A stretch of 64,000 bases of DNA from the human T2T-CHM13v2.0 reference genome, Homo sapiens (GCF_009914755.1 NC_060947.1); one strand, 5' to 3'; shown: positions 29,796-48,421, counted from the first letter of the stretch. Notes: generated from the letters alone by a model not told the origin. Translations and numbers: made by a program.

Positions 29796-31020
29796 ATATA
29801 TATATATATGTATACACACACACATATATATACGTATGAACCCTGAGTGGCTTTGTGCACAACCATGTTTGAGATATCTTTGTTTTAGAAACCAATTTAA
29901 ATCTACAATTCTGACTGATTAGCGATCCTAGAAAGAGGAATGGATAACAGATCAAAAAGTTTTATTATTGACTAACACATGGTGATCATTTTTATATGTA
30001 TCCACGCTTTGGCATGAATAACTAAATATGAATATTAACTCGTTTTGGTCTCTTAAGAAATTTGAAATGTTGAACTCATAGACCAAGACTATAAATTTAC
30101 ATTTTTAGCCAGGGTAAGTAAATAATCACATTTCAAGTGATGAAATGATTTTAGGGATCATCAGAGATTCATTCATTTATGTTAACACTTAGGTACAGAG
30201 AAACTATTGAGTATTGGATAATTCAATATTGCTGTAAGTAAATAAAATGATTCCATATGGATTTCCATATTTCAACTTTGTATTTTTACTTCTTTATTTA
30301 TATTAGAGTGGAAACTAGCTCATCCTCAATCATAGTCACCACTTCAAAGGGAACTTCTTTGCTCAGTCCAGGGAGCCTGTGTGTCAAAAGTGAAGGCAAA
30401 AATACTTGCTCTCTCCATACTCAAACTCTCTCTCTTTCTTTCTCGCTAATTTTTTAAGGGTGGTATGTTTGGACCATAGTTGTTTCTGCTTTAATCATAG
30501 GTGACGATTAGTCAAGGGCAAAATGGGGTCCCTGGGTCTGAGCTCCAAAACGTAGTCATCTGACTACAGTTATGCTTTTGAATTTTCCATGGCCTCATGT
30601 TCTGCATTGTTAAAGATGGTTCCTATTTACCCAGCTGCTCCCACCCACTAAATGCTAGGCTAGACACTTGGACCTATATTATCTCATTTAATCCTCCCAA
30701 GATCCCTAATGAGCAGGTATTATCATTCCCATATTTTTGCAGGAGATACGTGGTTGTTCCAAGGATCAAATAATACTTGAAAGTGCTTTGCAAACTGTCA
30801 ATCTGGAGATTTACAAATGCTAGTTATTATTCTTGGTAATAGCTAGCTCTTGGTGTTTGATCAACAAACACCCTTGAACCACATCTCAAAACAACTTAAA
30901 GCAGCATCTTGACAGATTACTCCACCTTCCTGTACTACCACTCAGCCCTGACCTACGAGGCAGTTTTCTAGAGGTATGGAAGCAGCCCTATGGCCTTGCC
31001 TAATATGTTATCAGATGAAC

Positions 31021-31120
31021 GTTTTATTGATACATAATATTTGTACATATTTATGGGGTACATGTGATATTTTGTTACATGCATAGAATCTGTAATGATC
31101 AAGTCAGGGTATTTAGAATG
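31021..31120 (-). mobile_element. Short L1MA-type 3'-end fragment
   Basis: TTGTACATATTTATGGGGTACATGTGATATTTTGTTACATGCATAGAA...GATCAAGTCAGGGTA. Confidence 0.7.
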
Positions 31121-34100
31121 AAAGAGCTACTGGAACCAGTTAACAAGCTGGACACTATAAATAAGTGAGGCCCTTGTTTGCTGGGACCCTCTAGAGCTTA
31201 AATCAGCAATCCAGAGGCAAAAATAGCATCTCCCTCCAAGCTCCTTAAGTGAAGTGCATACGGCTTCCCCATGTCTCCTAGATCTTTCAGACTCACTCAC
31301 ACAGGCCATACTCAGTGTGTGAGTCTAAAAGCCTGCCCATTTCACTCTTCTTGGCTTTGAATCTGACCATGTCAACCAAGAGTGACTGAGCTCTAAACAG
31401 CTGTGTCAAGGGTCAAAGAAGGGGGAAATAAACACTCTACCAGGTCAGGATATTCATCCTAACACCTAAGTTGGTAAAAATTCCATAACAGATAAAGCAA
31501 ACCCACCAGCTGGCTTGGTTAACACAATAGCACTTCCGCAAGTTTGCTCCCATAATATCTTCCTAGGGATGGATCCTTTCAGAGTGGAAATGACATAAAC
31601 TGCTTGTGAGCCTGGATATTTATCTGACCTATTAGCCCTGTTCAGGAAGGAAATGGAGACCTCTGAGGAAAGCACGTGAGAAGGGCTAGCAGTCCAGCCC
31701 GCGAACAGTAGACCTTTCATAAGAAAGCATCCAGCCGGCTTTTTTCATGGATTGGAGTCTTCATATTTTGCCCTTACTTGCAATTCCAAATGACTGAACA
31801 GTGGAATTTGCAATTCCAAATGACTGAATGTCACTGTTCTCTGTAAATGTTGCTTTTTATTGAAATGTATTTTTACTTCAGCTTTTGGAATTAGGCAATT
31901 TCCAGATATCAACACCGAAGTCAGTGGTTTTTTATTATTATTCACATTAAAAATTATCTCATTGATTGAGCTCCATGGAGCTCTTTTCATATCCTGTCTA
32001 TATATTCTTATTACATGTTATAATGAGCTCTAGACCATGGAAGCAACGACTTATCTTTGTTTTTCATTTCTGCATTCCCAGAATTTACTCAGTGTTTATC
32101 TCATAGTAGCTACATAAAATATTCCCTGAGTAAACAAATAAGGTTTTTTCTTTCTTTTTTTTTTAAAAGCAGGATCTGATAAAGCAGATAGGGAAAAGAA
32201 TATTTATAAAGGCACAAAAGGAATAGAAGCTGCTCATGATTTCCATATTGTTTCAGTAATAAGAACCTAGTCTATCCCAATGTAAATAAAAATAAAAACC
32301 ATATTTTCCGGATTTTCCCCCTCAATAAATAGCAAAAGAGATATAAGGGAGGAGGCAGACGATGATACCGCTATTCTAGGCACCCTGCACAACTGGCACA
32401 GAAGAGAGCACAGAGAACAAAACACCCCAGGGCCCCTACAGTGGAGGAGTTGGAAGCTGCCTTCTTGTACAGCTCCTTCACTTCAGCGCTTTCCTCCTCC
32501 TCCAGCCCCAGTCGATACCGAAGTTCCTTCCTCTTCCTATTCTAAGAGAGACAGCTGCTAACACACAGCCCAGGGCCAACTTGCTTCATCATTTACTCAC
32601 ATACCAAAGGCAACCCTACAAAAAAAAAAAAAGAAAGCTAGCCCCCTGAGCTCGTCTGACTAGTCTAGGCTTACTGTGTATCATGTCACCCATCTTTTCC
32701 TCATCTGTCTAGATGTGTATAAATGTGACAGCCATAGTATAAACCAATGCCAGCTTTTCTTTTCTTGGAAACAGCTGTAGGTGCTCTGATGGCACCTGTG
32801 GTGCTGATCCAATCAGATTAACCAGAAACATGAAAGAGCCGCTCCCCTCCACCCCTGCCACCCGCATCCCCAGACTTCAAATTGGGCCTTGTTTTTAAAG
32901 CCATTTCTTTCAATTCACCACTCACTGCTTCTTAAAAGTCCATTTCACTACTTAGCTTGGTTTAGAAAGGACAAATCAAAGTTTCCACCCAATTATAATT
33001 CCCTTGAGAGTTGTTCAAAGTTTCCCATGTCAGCCAGAAACACATATCAACCCTATAACCACTGAGTAATTTATGATACTGTCAAGAAATCCACCATTGG
33101 ATTACACCAATGAAGGTTTTATTGTAACAGTAAATGCCCAGATAAAATAATACCTCGTGTACATCCAACACTTACTATGTGCCAGTCACCATGCTCGGCA
33201 CTTTACAAGCATTTTCCTTTTTGATGCGACATGCAAAATGTGTTTTCCTTTGTCAGCTTAAAGTCCATACCTCATGGGTACGCAACAACGTTGTGTCATA
33301 CCCAAAAGTCCAGAATATAAAGTGATTAAGTTTTAAATGGATTTTTACAATTGCATTTGTATCAGATTTTTCCAGAATGTTTATGCCACATACTGAAAAT
33401 AAATTAAATCTTTAGCCACATTCAGTTTCTCAGACTACTCATGCCCACTTTATGGCAATGTCAAAAAATTTACCAGTCTAAGAATAATCTATATATTAAG
33501 ACATTCAGGAAAACAATAATCCTAAGAAGGGAATTAGTGAGCCCATTAAGTTGCAACCACAATTCCTTTGTTTCCTCATTGACATCACTGTCCTAACTCT
33601 GCTTTCTTTTGCAGTGTCCCCGAGGTTGTCTGGGTCCATGTACATGAACACAGCTCCAGGCATGAAGTCTGGCCCTTCAAGATGGCCAAATCTACACTGG
33701 CTCAGCTATAGAAAATGTCAGCATGGGGGCATCTTCTAGGCAACTTATTTTGGTGGCCCTGGAGGCATCATTGCAAAGCCACATCTCTGCAATAATTCCC
33801 AGACAGCATGGTAAGGCATCATCCTACACCCATGATGCTGGTTTATTGCCAGGCCAAGCAGGCGTTTAAAAATTACCGTAAAATCATTGTGTTTACTCCT
33901 GAAAACCTCAGAAGAGACCTCAGAAATTTCAGAACCACTCAAAAGGCAATCCTGCCTGTGCTGGCTGGCACTGTTAACCGCTGTAGGAAGTAGCAGGAAA
34001 GACACAAAACTGGACAGCTGGGAACTGTGCTCTAGTCCTAGTTCAGAGTCACTAACCCACTAGGTCATTGCGGAAAACTTCTTTTACTACTCTCAGCCCT

Positions 34101-36406
34101 ACTTTCCTCATCTGCAGAATGAGGATGGAATGACATGAGCTCCAAGGTTGCTTCTGGCTCTAAAACATTATTTTGGTTTATAGTGGGCATTCGGAGGTTT
34201 GAACAGCATTCTCCTTATTGTGAATCAAAAAGCCAGAAGAAATAACCATGCATTGTCCCCACTGTGTCTTACTGCACTAGAAAAGCAGGAAAAGAATCAC
34301 ATTTGTGTCTGTACCTAAGAGCCAATCAGCAACGACATCTCCTATTTCTTCCTAGTTTTAAGGGGCAGGACCTTGAATCTCACAATTTTACATGTTTCTG
34401 TTGACAGGGTGGTGGTTTTTGACCTGTGATACTACTTCTTTCTGCCAATTAAAAGAGAGACCACAAAATCTAAAGTAATGTGAATGTCTCTTCCCCCTTT
34501 TATTTCTTCCATGAACACAGTAACCCTATCCATTCTTATATTCTCACATGAAATTTATTTCAGAAAATATACATTAACCTCTCTCTCTTAAAAAAAAAAA
34601 AAAAACACTTCACTATTACTCTATAGAAAATGGTAAAAATGGCCTAAACCCTTAACCTTGCATTTAAAGACTTTCAAGACCTTCCCTCCAGGTGACTCTT
34701 CCAACATCCTCTTTCCTGGCTCCCCATTTGGCACCCTGTGCTCTAGTTAGGATTGTCTAAAATTCCAAAGCTGTCTTGCCTATTCCTACCGACAGGTCTC
34801 TGCTGGTCTCACTCCTGCAGAGCACCTCACTCTTCTTTGATGCATAATCCACAGATCTGTCAAAGCAGCTTAAATCCCACCACCCTGAAGCAAGGTTTAT
34901 TGTCTACTCAAAAGCAGATTCATCTCTTCCTCCTCCGAATCCCAAAACACTCGTCTAATGCATCAATTCTGCACATGTCCATCAACAAGTGTTTATTAAT
35001 TGTCACGTCTCTGCCCTTTGGCAGGTGCTTTAGAAACAAAACTACAAAACACATTAAAGCAACAATATATACTCTTATCTCACATACACATAATACAAGA
35101 CAGTGGTTAAAAAATATTTGGCAGTCAGTCTACATCCAATGTCCATACACTTAACCATTACACATTCTGCCTCCTAGTTTCTAACAGTCGTTCTGACATG
35201 TGTTGCAGGCTTTCTGTAGGCCAGGCACAATGCTAAGGCACATGAAACACTTTATTTTGCTCTCCCAATTTTCTGTGAAAGTAAGTACTATACATTAGCC
35301 CTGTTTTATAGACGAGTAAAATATAGCACAAGAACGTTAACAAGGTGCCCAAGAATTACGTTTACACAGCCACATGATGAAGAGGTACCATGTGTACTTG
35401 TTTGTGCATTTTTCGAACTCTCTGAGCTTACCAAGAATGATTCCAACAATAATAAATCACTAGGCAATAATACATTGCTCTCTGCAGGTGAAGGAGTTGA
35501 GAGAGGACTCATCCAGAAAATAGACAGGTGAGGAGGAGGAAAAGGAAGCTGCCTTGAGTTTCCCATTAAGAACATATGCCTGGAGATGCTTTCTTTTATT
35601 CCATCTATCATAAATATCCTTGTACCAAACTAACAAAATTAAAATATAGTTTTAATACATTTTACAAATATTTGGAAATCTTATTTTAATCACATGGAAA
35701 CTATTAAAAAATATACATTTCAACACATTGTATACACGTTTGGAAATATCAGACTATATCTCATAAATATGTGCAATTATTAAGTGTCCAACTAAAGATA
35801 AAAGGAAAAAAATACATATCTATATTGCAGACTAAACAAATGCTGCCATAAAATTAGTACAAACAGAATTGCATATTGGAGTCAGTTGGAACTGGTGAAA
35901 CTCCATAAAATTACAACATTTTAGAAGACATGTGTCTGAGTTATTCACATACCACATGGTGAAACATCATATAGTCTGTCTGTATTTTAGATTAAAATCA
36001 ACTGGGAATTACTGTGAACAAGTTTGAAAAACTATATAGGGTTACACAAAGAACATCATACGTGGTAAAAAGTTAAAAAGGAATAACTGATAACAGGGAT
36101 TTTACAGACATCTAGTAAATTCAATATTGTTTTCTAATACAAGGCTTGGAAATGGTAGGTGCAGTGATCCCTTTTCTGGGAAGCCTTTCTCCATCTCTCA
36201 GGACTGGGGTCAGTACCTTTGCTTTGGGCACAATGTGCTTCCTGCCACCATCAACAGAGAAAGTATTTAGTAGCTGTTGGAATGCCCTACTAGACTATAA
36301 GCTCCATGAAGGCAGGGACTGTTACTGTTCATATTACCTTAATTAATTAAACACATATTAATTTTTTATGACCTCTCAAAAAACCTATATTAACTTTCAT
36401 TGTGGG

Positions 36407-36709
36407 TTTTTTTTTTTTTCTTTTGAGACAGGGTCTTGCTCTGTCACCCAGGTTGGAGCATAGTGGTGTAATCACTGCTCACTGCAGCCCTGATCTCCCA
36501 GGCTCAATGATCCTCTCACCTCAGCCTCCAGAGTAACTGGAACCACAGGTACATGCCACCATACCCAGTTGAATTTTTATTTTTATTTTTAGTAGAGACA
36601 GGGTCTTGCTATGTTGTCCAAGCTGGTCTCAAACGACCAAGCTCAAGCAATGCTCCTTTTTGGCCTCCCAAAGTGCTGGGATTACAGGTGTGAGCCCCCA
36701 TGCCCAGCC
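36407..36709 (-). mobile_element. Alu (AluJ-like)
   Basis: Poly(T) followed by an antisense Alu. Confidence 0.93.
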
Positions 36710-36794
36710 ATATCGTTCTTAATAACATAGGTTCAAAAGGCCTAAAGCAAGCAAAATGACAGAACTATGAAGAGGACTTGAAAATTTCACTCTC

Positions 36795-38915
<2,121 letters not shown>

Positions 38916-41900
38916 GAAAATTTCACTCTCTGAGTGGAAGGCCTAAGTGCACCTCTCCTAGTCATTAATTGATTACACAGACTGAAAACATTAATGAGCT
39001 CATGGAAATTTTGAAGATACAATAAACTTATTCTAATATTTCTTAAAGCATACTGCATCCATAAGTGAGACCATATGCAATTGTCTTGAGCCCTGATCTT
39101 AAGGGATTTAAACTAGAAACCAATAAACAGAAAGACACATTTTAAAAAATACACATATTTGTAACTTCAAAAAAAAACCCCTTCAAGATAAGACTCTTCC
39201 CACAAAAAATATACCAAGTCCAAAGTTGACTTGTATCCATCTACCAAACATTCAAGGAACAGGTAAAATATTTTGAGTGATGGGAATATAGTTATTATTG
39301 CTATGTTTGTTGTCATCTCTTGCCTGCAGAATGAAATATCCCTAATGAAAATACTGGTCACTTGAATTTGTCTCCAACTTAGATTCAGGAAGATTATAAT
39401 ATTAAATAAATAAATAAATGCATGTATGTATATGTATATGCAAGTATGTGTGTGCATCACACACCATAGCACTAGAACCTGCACTATGCCTGCTACTGGT
39501 TTTCAAAGAAGAAACAAGTTATAGAAATTATAATAAAAAGAAGTCTAGCTCAGTATACACTTACAACTTTCCTAGTTGCAAACTGGGAAAGATTTTTCAA
39601 ACATAGAACCTTACAATCTATAAATTAAACCCAAGAATGAAATCTCATGTCTTCACTTCCAGATAAAAAGTGCTACATAGAAATGCTGAGCTTTAATTTG
39701 AACTTTTAAATCAAACTATTAAAAAATTACAATGGGATGATCCGTTGAAACATGCATTATACAAACAAACTTCCTCAGCCAGCCTTTAGAATAAGAATAG
39801 CAAAACAATAGTTTGGAACTTCAGCTTCAGCTAATTTGAAGGGGCTATGCTGAAACTGAAAGGCAAGGAAAGGTCAGTTTTTTTCAATTTGTATATTTTT
39901 ATAGGTATAATTAGAGAAAAGAAACAAGAGCTCCAACCTTGTATGTTGGAACAGAAAAAGAGGACTACTGCATTTTAATTCCTTGAAAACTCTGGAATGC
40001 ATTAATTATATTAAATTCTCTTATATGTTATGTGGTTCACAAATCAAATTTTTCCTCCAAGTTTGAAGGACTGAGAGGCTTCTTAAAATTCAATTAAAAC
40101 GATGTAAAGAAATATCCACATTATGGATACGCTCCACTTAGAGACCTTTGCACTTGGCAGGAAAACTTTTCTCTTTTTATCTTAGTAGAGTTCAGGAAAT
40201 GCTACCTTAATTTTCTCTTTGCTTCAATATTTCATGAGTGCCTCTCAATGCATAGTCTCCGAAAGCGTTAGATTACTGACATGATGCTATTTTACATGAT
40301 GTGGATGATTTTATTTGTACGAGTTCAACATGTTAGAATTTTTATCTCTTTTTCTTTTACACTTAGAAAAAGATTGTAATGTACAAAATGATATTCTGAT
40401 TTTTTGTATAAACAAACATCTCTTATACTGAGATCTAATGAGTAAAATATGTCCCCCAAAGTTTAGTATTATTGCAAGAAATTATTCTTCATAATAATTG
40501 CAGAATTCCCTTCTTCAGGTAATAAACTTTTACTAACAGAAGGACAAAAATGTTTCCAAAGACACCAGGGTCCTTACATATGCAAATTAATAAAGCAAAT
40601 CTATTGTCTTATCAATGAAAGCATCCTCAAATTCCTCCATGCTTTATCTGTGTTCTCACATCATCACAAATCCACATCTATATGAGATCCTAGAGCTACA
40701 GAAAAATGCATGTTCAGAGCACATTTCAGACCAAAGTAGTAATTAACAGAAATATACTTCCTTGGTTTTGGTCCTCTTGGTATGCTATTACTTCCTTCAA
40801 AAAAATCAACATTTATATTGTGCTTAGGTTTTAAATAAAACAAGGATGTACATATGTTCATAAGTATGCGATAACTGAAATATCAGACATCCAAATGTCA
40901 TAATTATTATTTTTAAAATTCTAACGTAAGTGGCATGTTTTAAAACAAACATGCTATGTCGATAAGTTATTTGTTCAAATGCTCATAAGTACATCTTATT
41001 GAACGGCTGTAAATGTGTTTCGGTGCATTGGATGCTGTTTATATGCTTATATTTCTGTAACTAGGAAATAAAAAGAAACCACATCATTAATTGTCAGGCC
41101 CTCCATGTGACAGTAGAACAACCGATAGGCCACTGGCTCAATTAAAGTGTGCAGGGCTCGTAACTGAAGAGTTTTGTTTTTATCACAAAGAGGGCTAGAG
41201 CATGACAGGAATTCTTCATAAATTTGGAGATGTTATGTAAATATTTAATAACTCTGCTGTGACAGGCCATGAGTACTTGAGCAGAACCTGACCACAAGAT
41301 TTAAATAAATATCAAGCCTGGGAGTTGTTAAATATTGAACATCATTATGATTGTGGTGTTTTAACAAACAATCATTAAAAGGTAGTGCAAATCCAATCAA
41401 AGGAACATTTTTAATAAAGAAACAAAGATCTGGCATGTTTACATTTTGGAAAACAAAAATCAAACATCTCTGTTCAGTTATCCTAAATATTCTCCCTTCA
41501 GCTCCACCACCAACCAAAAAAGGGGTAAAAAAAAAAAAAAAAAAAAGATTACCTTGGTTTGTAAAAATTAATAGCCTTCGCAATTTCTTCAGAATTTGCT
41601 CTAGAGGCACAGCTCATACATGCATTGCCTTTGCTATGATTAACTTTGGTGGTACTTTTCTCCTGTGCTGCCATGCACTGTTCTGGAAAGCCTGTCAGCG
41701 GCTGTCTTCTGTTGTCTGTGTCACCTGAGTCCTTGTGCTTGACTTCCTCTACATGGTTTAAAGATGGATTTGCACCAGTAATTCTTTGGATACTTGAAGT
41801 GAAACATGCTGCCCAGGTGATGCTTTTGTTGCCCAAGTGACATTGAGAAGCAGGAATTGACTTCAGCATGTCGGCTTCCCTCAACATGTCAAGAAATAGC

Positions 41901-42330
41901 AAAGCCAAATCCCAGATGTGGTCCGTTAATCCCACTGTCACAGAATAAACTATGTGGTCCCAGTAAACACAACCACCCATTAGCGCTAAGGAGAGGTGAT
42001 AGAAACCATTTGTTAAAGGTGACACTGTTTTCTAAGTGATAACACTCTTTTGATCATGTGATTCATTTTGTTTGCTCAACAACATGGTATGTGTTTTTCC
42101 TGAGAGGAAGGACTTCAATATATATTTACTTAGAGCTTTTAATTTATACTTCCTTTCTTTTAATTGGTGTCTTGTGATCTAAAATTAGCTGATGAACATA
42201 GTATCTCACTCAAACTCTCTCAGCTGAGTTTTCAATAATTAGACCCACTGTTGCCTGAAATTGAACAAACATGTGGAGACTTGGCTTATTATTTCTTCCC
42301 TAGTGCTTTCTATCCATACTTAGAGAGTGA

Positions 42331-42639
<309 letters not shown>

Positions 42640-43020
42640 TGATCCTTTTATTTCACATATAGTCATATTAATCATTATCCCCCAAGCTGGAGTTAGGTTA
42701 ATAATTTCATGTAAAAAATGAAGTTCAAATAGTCTTGACTGTAACCTTACTGAATAAAGAGCCTACACGAAAAGGAATTCTTTCGTGAAACCTGAGATTG
42801 TCAGAGCACTGAATTTCACCAATAAGCTGGATATCGTTTATACAAGGAATAAAAGGTCACGTGTCCTCTAAAATCCCACATTTGCTACAGACATTCTTCC
42901 CTCTATTCTTTTGTTTGTGCAGTAACTAGATACAGGTACAATGAGAGTGAATTAGTTTTCCCAGATGAGTGAGAAAAGTAAGTGTTCCCCAAATGCCCAA
43001 AGCCAGATTTTATCTGTCAT

Positions 43021-43046
43021 TCTCTCTCTCTCTCCCTCTCTCTCCC

Positions 43047-43088
<42 letters not shown>

Positions 43089-43094
43089 TCTCTC
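43021..43094. repeat. (CT)n microsatellite
   Basis: Directly visible. Confidence 0.97.
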
Positions 43095-43356
43095 AGAGAG
43101 AGGCAGCACTCTCTTTGGAAGAACTGTAAGGATTGAAAATGATCCAGAAAAACTGCATGGATTGAAAATGATCCAGATTTTTAGAATTTGCCCTCACCTT
43201 GACAACGCTAAAATTACAAGCAGCAGTCAACTTTTACAAGATACCCTTATTGTGTAACATTTATAGGTTGCCAAAAACATGCTAAAACTAATCAGATAAC
43301 AAAGGTGAGGAGAAAACCTTCACCTGCCATGTAGCTAGCAGTGAATACACTTTTTA

Positions 43357-44126
<770 letters not shown>

Positions 44127-46309
44127 CTGGAAACAAGAATGTAAGATTTGATTAGGCACAGGGAGGTCAACCATAGGGGGGTGTCAGCTTTGAATGCATC
44201 TCAGAATAATTCCAAACACAGGTCATGAAAGGGTAAGTGTGTGTACATTCCAAATAATTCTCTTTCTATTCACTGGGGAAAAAAGGAGGAAAAAGCATCC
44301 TGAGCCATCATATACCAGTTAACATTTTCTCAAAGTTCAGTAACTGAAAATGTGCAATTTTTTTTTTCAATTTTGTTTTTTAAAAGGCTTCATTCAAAAC
44401 TAGAATGTAATTGAAACTGTAATTTCCATAATTTGTATTTAATCAGAATAATCTTATTGTGTCAGAGTCAGGTTTAACCTCGCACAGAAAATTAAAATGT
44501 AGAAATATTCATCAATAAACTAGAGTCTTTTATAAATTTGAATTTATAAACTTACGTATTAATGTATACGAGATTTAAGGACTTTTACTCTGCAATACCA
44601 AACCAGGTTTCAGAACAATAGGAAGGCAGTAACTATAGAAATGGGCATGAAATGTACATGAAATCAAATGTGGGGATTTCAGCAGAGATGATCGTGTTTA
44701 AGTGTGGGATGTCATTTTCCAAAATATATTCCTGAGAAAAAACATTGACTTTCACAAAGATGATTGTGATAGAGGCAATATTTTTGGCATGTGTTCATTA
44801 TGTTTCTGAATAATTCTATTGTTTAATCCAGCAGTGGGACGTGGGTAGGCAGAACGAAGTGGAGAAAAATATCTGGGGGCTTTTTCAGTGGCTGCAGTAA
44901 GTTTGAGTACCAATGACTAATATTTAGAGCAATGATTTAGTTAATTAGAACAAGGATTTCAGTGGTCATCATATTCATGTGATAAGTTATGTTATGACAA
45001 TGATAATGATTACAGTTGAGAAAGCAATTTAAGGAGGCTTACAAAACTGCTGAGGGACCCTTTTGGCCAAAAAACTCCCACCACGGGCTTGTCACTGTTG
45101 CCAGCAACAGGCCAGGCTGGCAGGAGGTCCAGCCTCACACTCAGAGCTATGTTGGCCTGGGTACGACCTCTGCTAGCTATGTTGCTCTCCTCCAGGCCAC
45201 CCGAGGGTGGCCCAGCTGCCTGCTCCCCTTGCCATAAAGACCTGAGTGCTTTTGTGAACTCTCATCTGCCTTCCCATCAAAAAGAGTAGTAGAAAGAATT
45301 CCACACAAACCCCAGTTCATTAAGGGTGAAGAGGCCTCATGCTCATTAGCAGGCCTGGGAACCAAGCCGCTTTGAACCTTCTCCCTTTCAAGACCATTAG
45401 CAGAGGTCTGCAGACCAGTGATGGGAATATTACATGCAGCCCATTGCAGGCTGTGGGAGAACAGTGCAGTTCACCCAGTGGTCGGGAGGTTCAAATCACC
45501 CACGGGGGTGGTGGGGAGAGCGTTCTCAGCCGGATTTATGGGAAGGCTTCACATCCAAAGCTATGTTTAGTGATTCTGACAATCAATCGTTTGTATTCAC
45601 ACCTCCGCTTATTTACAAAATTCACGGTTTCTAGAATACCCTGACCCCTTCTGAAATAGCATCCCTCAGAAATACCAATATGGTGCTTTGGTGAAATTAA
45701 TGCTCATCTTGCTACCAACTGAATGGTAACTGATCATTAAAAGTATAAAGTATGTCCCGAGCCTGTTAAAAATTAAACAGCTACTGGCTTCATAAAAGCC
45801 TGGTATCTTAAAAAATCTTCAACCATTCACTAGCATTTATTATATAGGAAAGAATAAAAGAGCAACTGTGACTTGAAATATTAAAGCTTGTACATCTTTC
45901 TACAACCTGCAATGGAAACCCTAGGGTTGCTGTTGTAAGAAACATATCATCCCCACTTGGTCTGTCACCTCTTCCTACAGATGGCTCAGAAGAAATGGAA
46001 AGGTTTTTACCTATTAATAATTATTTTGGTTAATCATAGAAAAAATGTAGAATTATCTTTAAATCAAAGTTCTTTTACCTTCTCATCAGAAGCATATAAA
46101 TTAAAGGAAAAATGTAGCCCTTTTGGTCTGCTCTGTTCTCAGATAAAACAAGAATGCCTACCAATGAATCTGAATAGAAGGATGAGCATCAAATTATGTC
46201 TGGAGAGCTATGATGACTATATTTTTAATGCAGGTGCCAGGATTCCATCCCAGAGAGGTGTGATGAGAATTTCTAGAAAGGATTCCACTGGGGAGACCTC
46301 AGTGGAAAT

Positions 46310-47090
46310 ACTGACATTTTATTCATTCCTTCAACAGATGTTTACTGTGTGCCAGGCACTGAGTTAGATGAAGAAGCCAGAATCTGGGGTTCACATCACC
46401 TCATCTCTATTATCATGGGCCAAGCCAGCATCATCTCTTATGTGGACTATCATAAGACCTTTCTAAATGGTCTCTTGGCTTCTGTTCACTCCTGCCCTTC
46501 CCCCTATAGTCTATCCTCCACTCAGAAGCAAGAGAGCCTGTTGTTAAAACATGACAGAACATGCATCTCCTTTTGCTCTGCCCTGTAAGGGCTTCCCATT
46601 TCACCCAGAGAGAAATTCACCAGAATAAACCAGCCCCAGAAAACACAGACTCAGACAGTGAGCTCACTTCCTCCCACGCTACCCACTCCTTTCTCTGCTC
46701 TGAGCACATGGCCTCGTTCTGACTCCTCAAACATGCCAAGCACATCAATCCCCTGCTCGCCCCTGCAAGGTCTTCAGAATCCACATGACTCTCTGCTCCA
46801 GTGTCACTTTCTCTCTGAACCCACATAAAACCAATTCCCCTTCTACCACTATACCACCTACCCATCGTGGTAATTCTTCCCCCATCTCGGTTTATTTTTC
46901 TTTATAATATTTATCACTGACATATTCTTTTAGTTTGTTTATTGCTCCTTCTGTCCCCACTGTCCTCAACACTAGAATATAAGCTCTGTGAAAGCAGAGA
47001 TTTTGCTTTGCTCTTTGAAGAACGTACCACCAACACCTAGAACAGCACTCAGCACACAAAATGACTCAAACATTCATTGATTCCATTAAA
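46310..47090. mobile_element. L2 relics
   Basis: L2 3'-end motifs (ATTCATTCCTTCAACAGATGTTTACTG; CTAGAATATAAGCTCTGTGAAAGCAGAGATTTTG...CCTAGAACAG). Confidence 0.6.
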
Positions 47091-47167
47091 TGTACTGACT
47101 TTTCAGCTAAAACCAAAAAGAATCAAACACAGCCCTTGACTTTAAGGATCTCTCAATATATTTGAAC

Positions 47168-47370
47168 AGAGGTCAACAAACTTTTTCTATAAAGGGTAAA
47201 ATAGTAGACATTTTTGGCTTTGTGGGCCAAAGGGGCCCTGTTGCAACTACTCAATCTACCACTGTAGTGCAAAAGCAATCAGACACAATACATAAAGGAA
47301 TGAGTATGGCTGTGTTCCAACATAACCATATTTAGAAAAACAGGTCACAGGCCAGCATTGGCCTGCACAT
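47168..47370. mobile_element. MER58A-like relic
   Basis: CAGAGGTCAACAAACTTTTTCTATAAAGGG...GGCTGTGTTCCAA. Confidence 0.7.
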
Positions 47371-48123
47371 CTTATTTTGTTGAGCCATGTATTGGAAGAT
47401 AGAGGCATATACAGATAACCAGAACATAAATGAAAATCATTCTCAGAGAGGTATGAATAAAATGCTGTGTGGGCAACAGCAGCAAGGATGGCGGAGCAAG
47501 ACTTGAACAAGCACTTACAAGTTTCCAGTGCTAATGGGAAATGATATGCAATGGGCTTTGAATCTGACATCAATGGAAATTATGTGACTCGAGTGCTTAG
47601 GGGCAACTCATGTAAGAACGAATTAATAGTAGCTGCTCAAAACTAGATATTTTCTTTTACTGCCATAGCACCTGGCATAGTGCTTTATGCAAGTGTCTGT
47701 ACTGTAAATGGTTAATTGTATTAGGTGAAGACACAATACTCAGATGTGGTAGGTGAATTTCAGCCAATTTTCTAAATCTTTTGCCTGTATGCTACCAAAA
47801 AGGAAGGGGTTTTGGTTTGATATCTATAGTGCATCCCACTTTTTCCACTTTTACCCAGATTTTACAATGGCATAGATAGCATTTTTGTTAAATGACTCTA
47901 CAGTATCTTATTTGTACTCATTCCATTCCTTCTTCTAAAAGAAACTTAGTATGGTTTATTTTCTAGCTTTCTTTAAAATATCTTTTTGGAGAAATTAAAA
48001 TGCCATTCATTCCTTTTTTTTTTTTTTTTGCCATTCATTCTTTCACCAAATACTTAAGTTCATCTATGTACTTGGTCCTGAGACAAGTACTGGTAACAGC
48101 TGGCCCCTGTCTCCATGATCTTA

Positions 48124-48421
<298 letters not shown>

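Noticed and set aside
31778-31828. Repeat-spacer-repeat pattern resembling CRISPR
   Set aside because: Only two units with a 9-nt spacer, in a eukaryotic intron with no cas genes.
41549-42025. 158-aa minus-strand ORF
   Set aside because: No domain resemblance and not in frame with a plausible MID1 splice junction; the length is compatible with chance.
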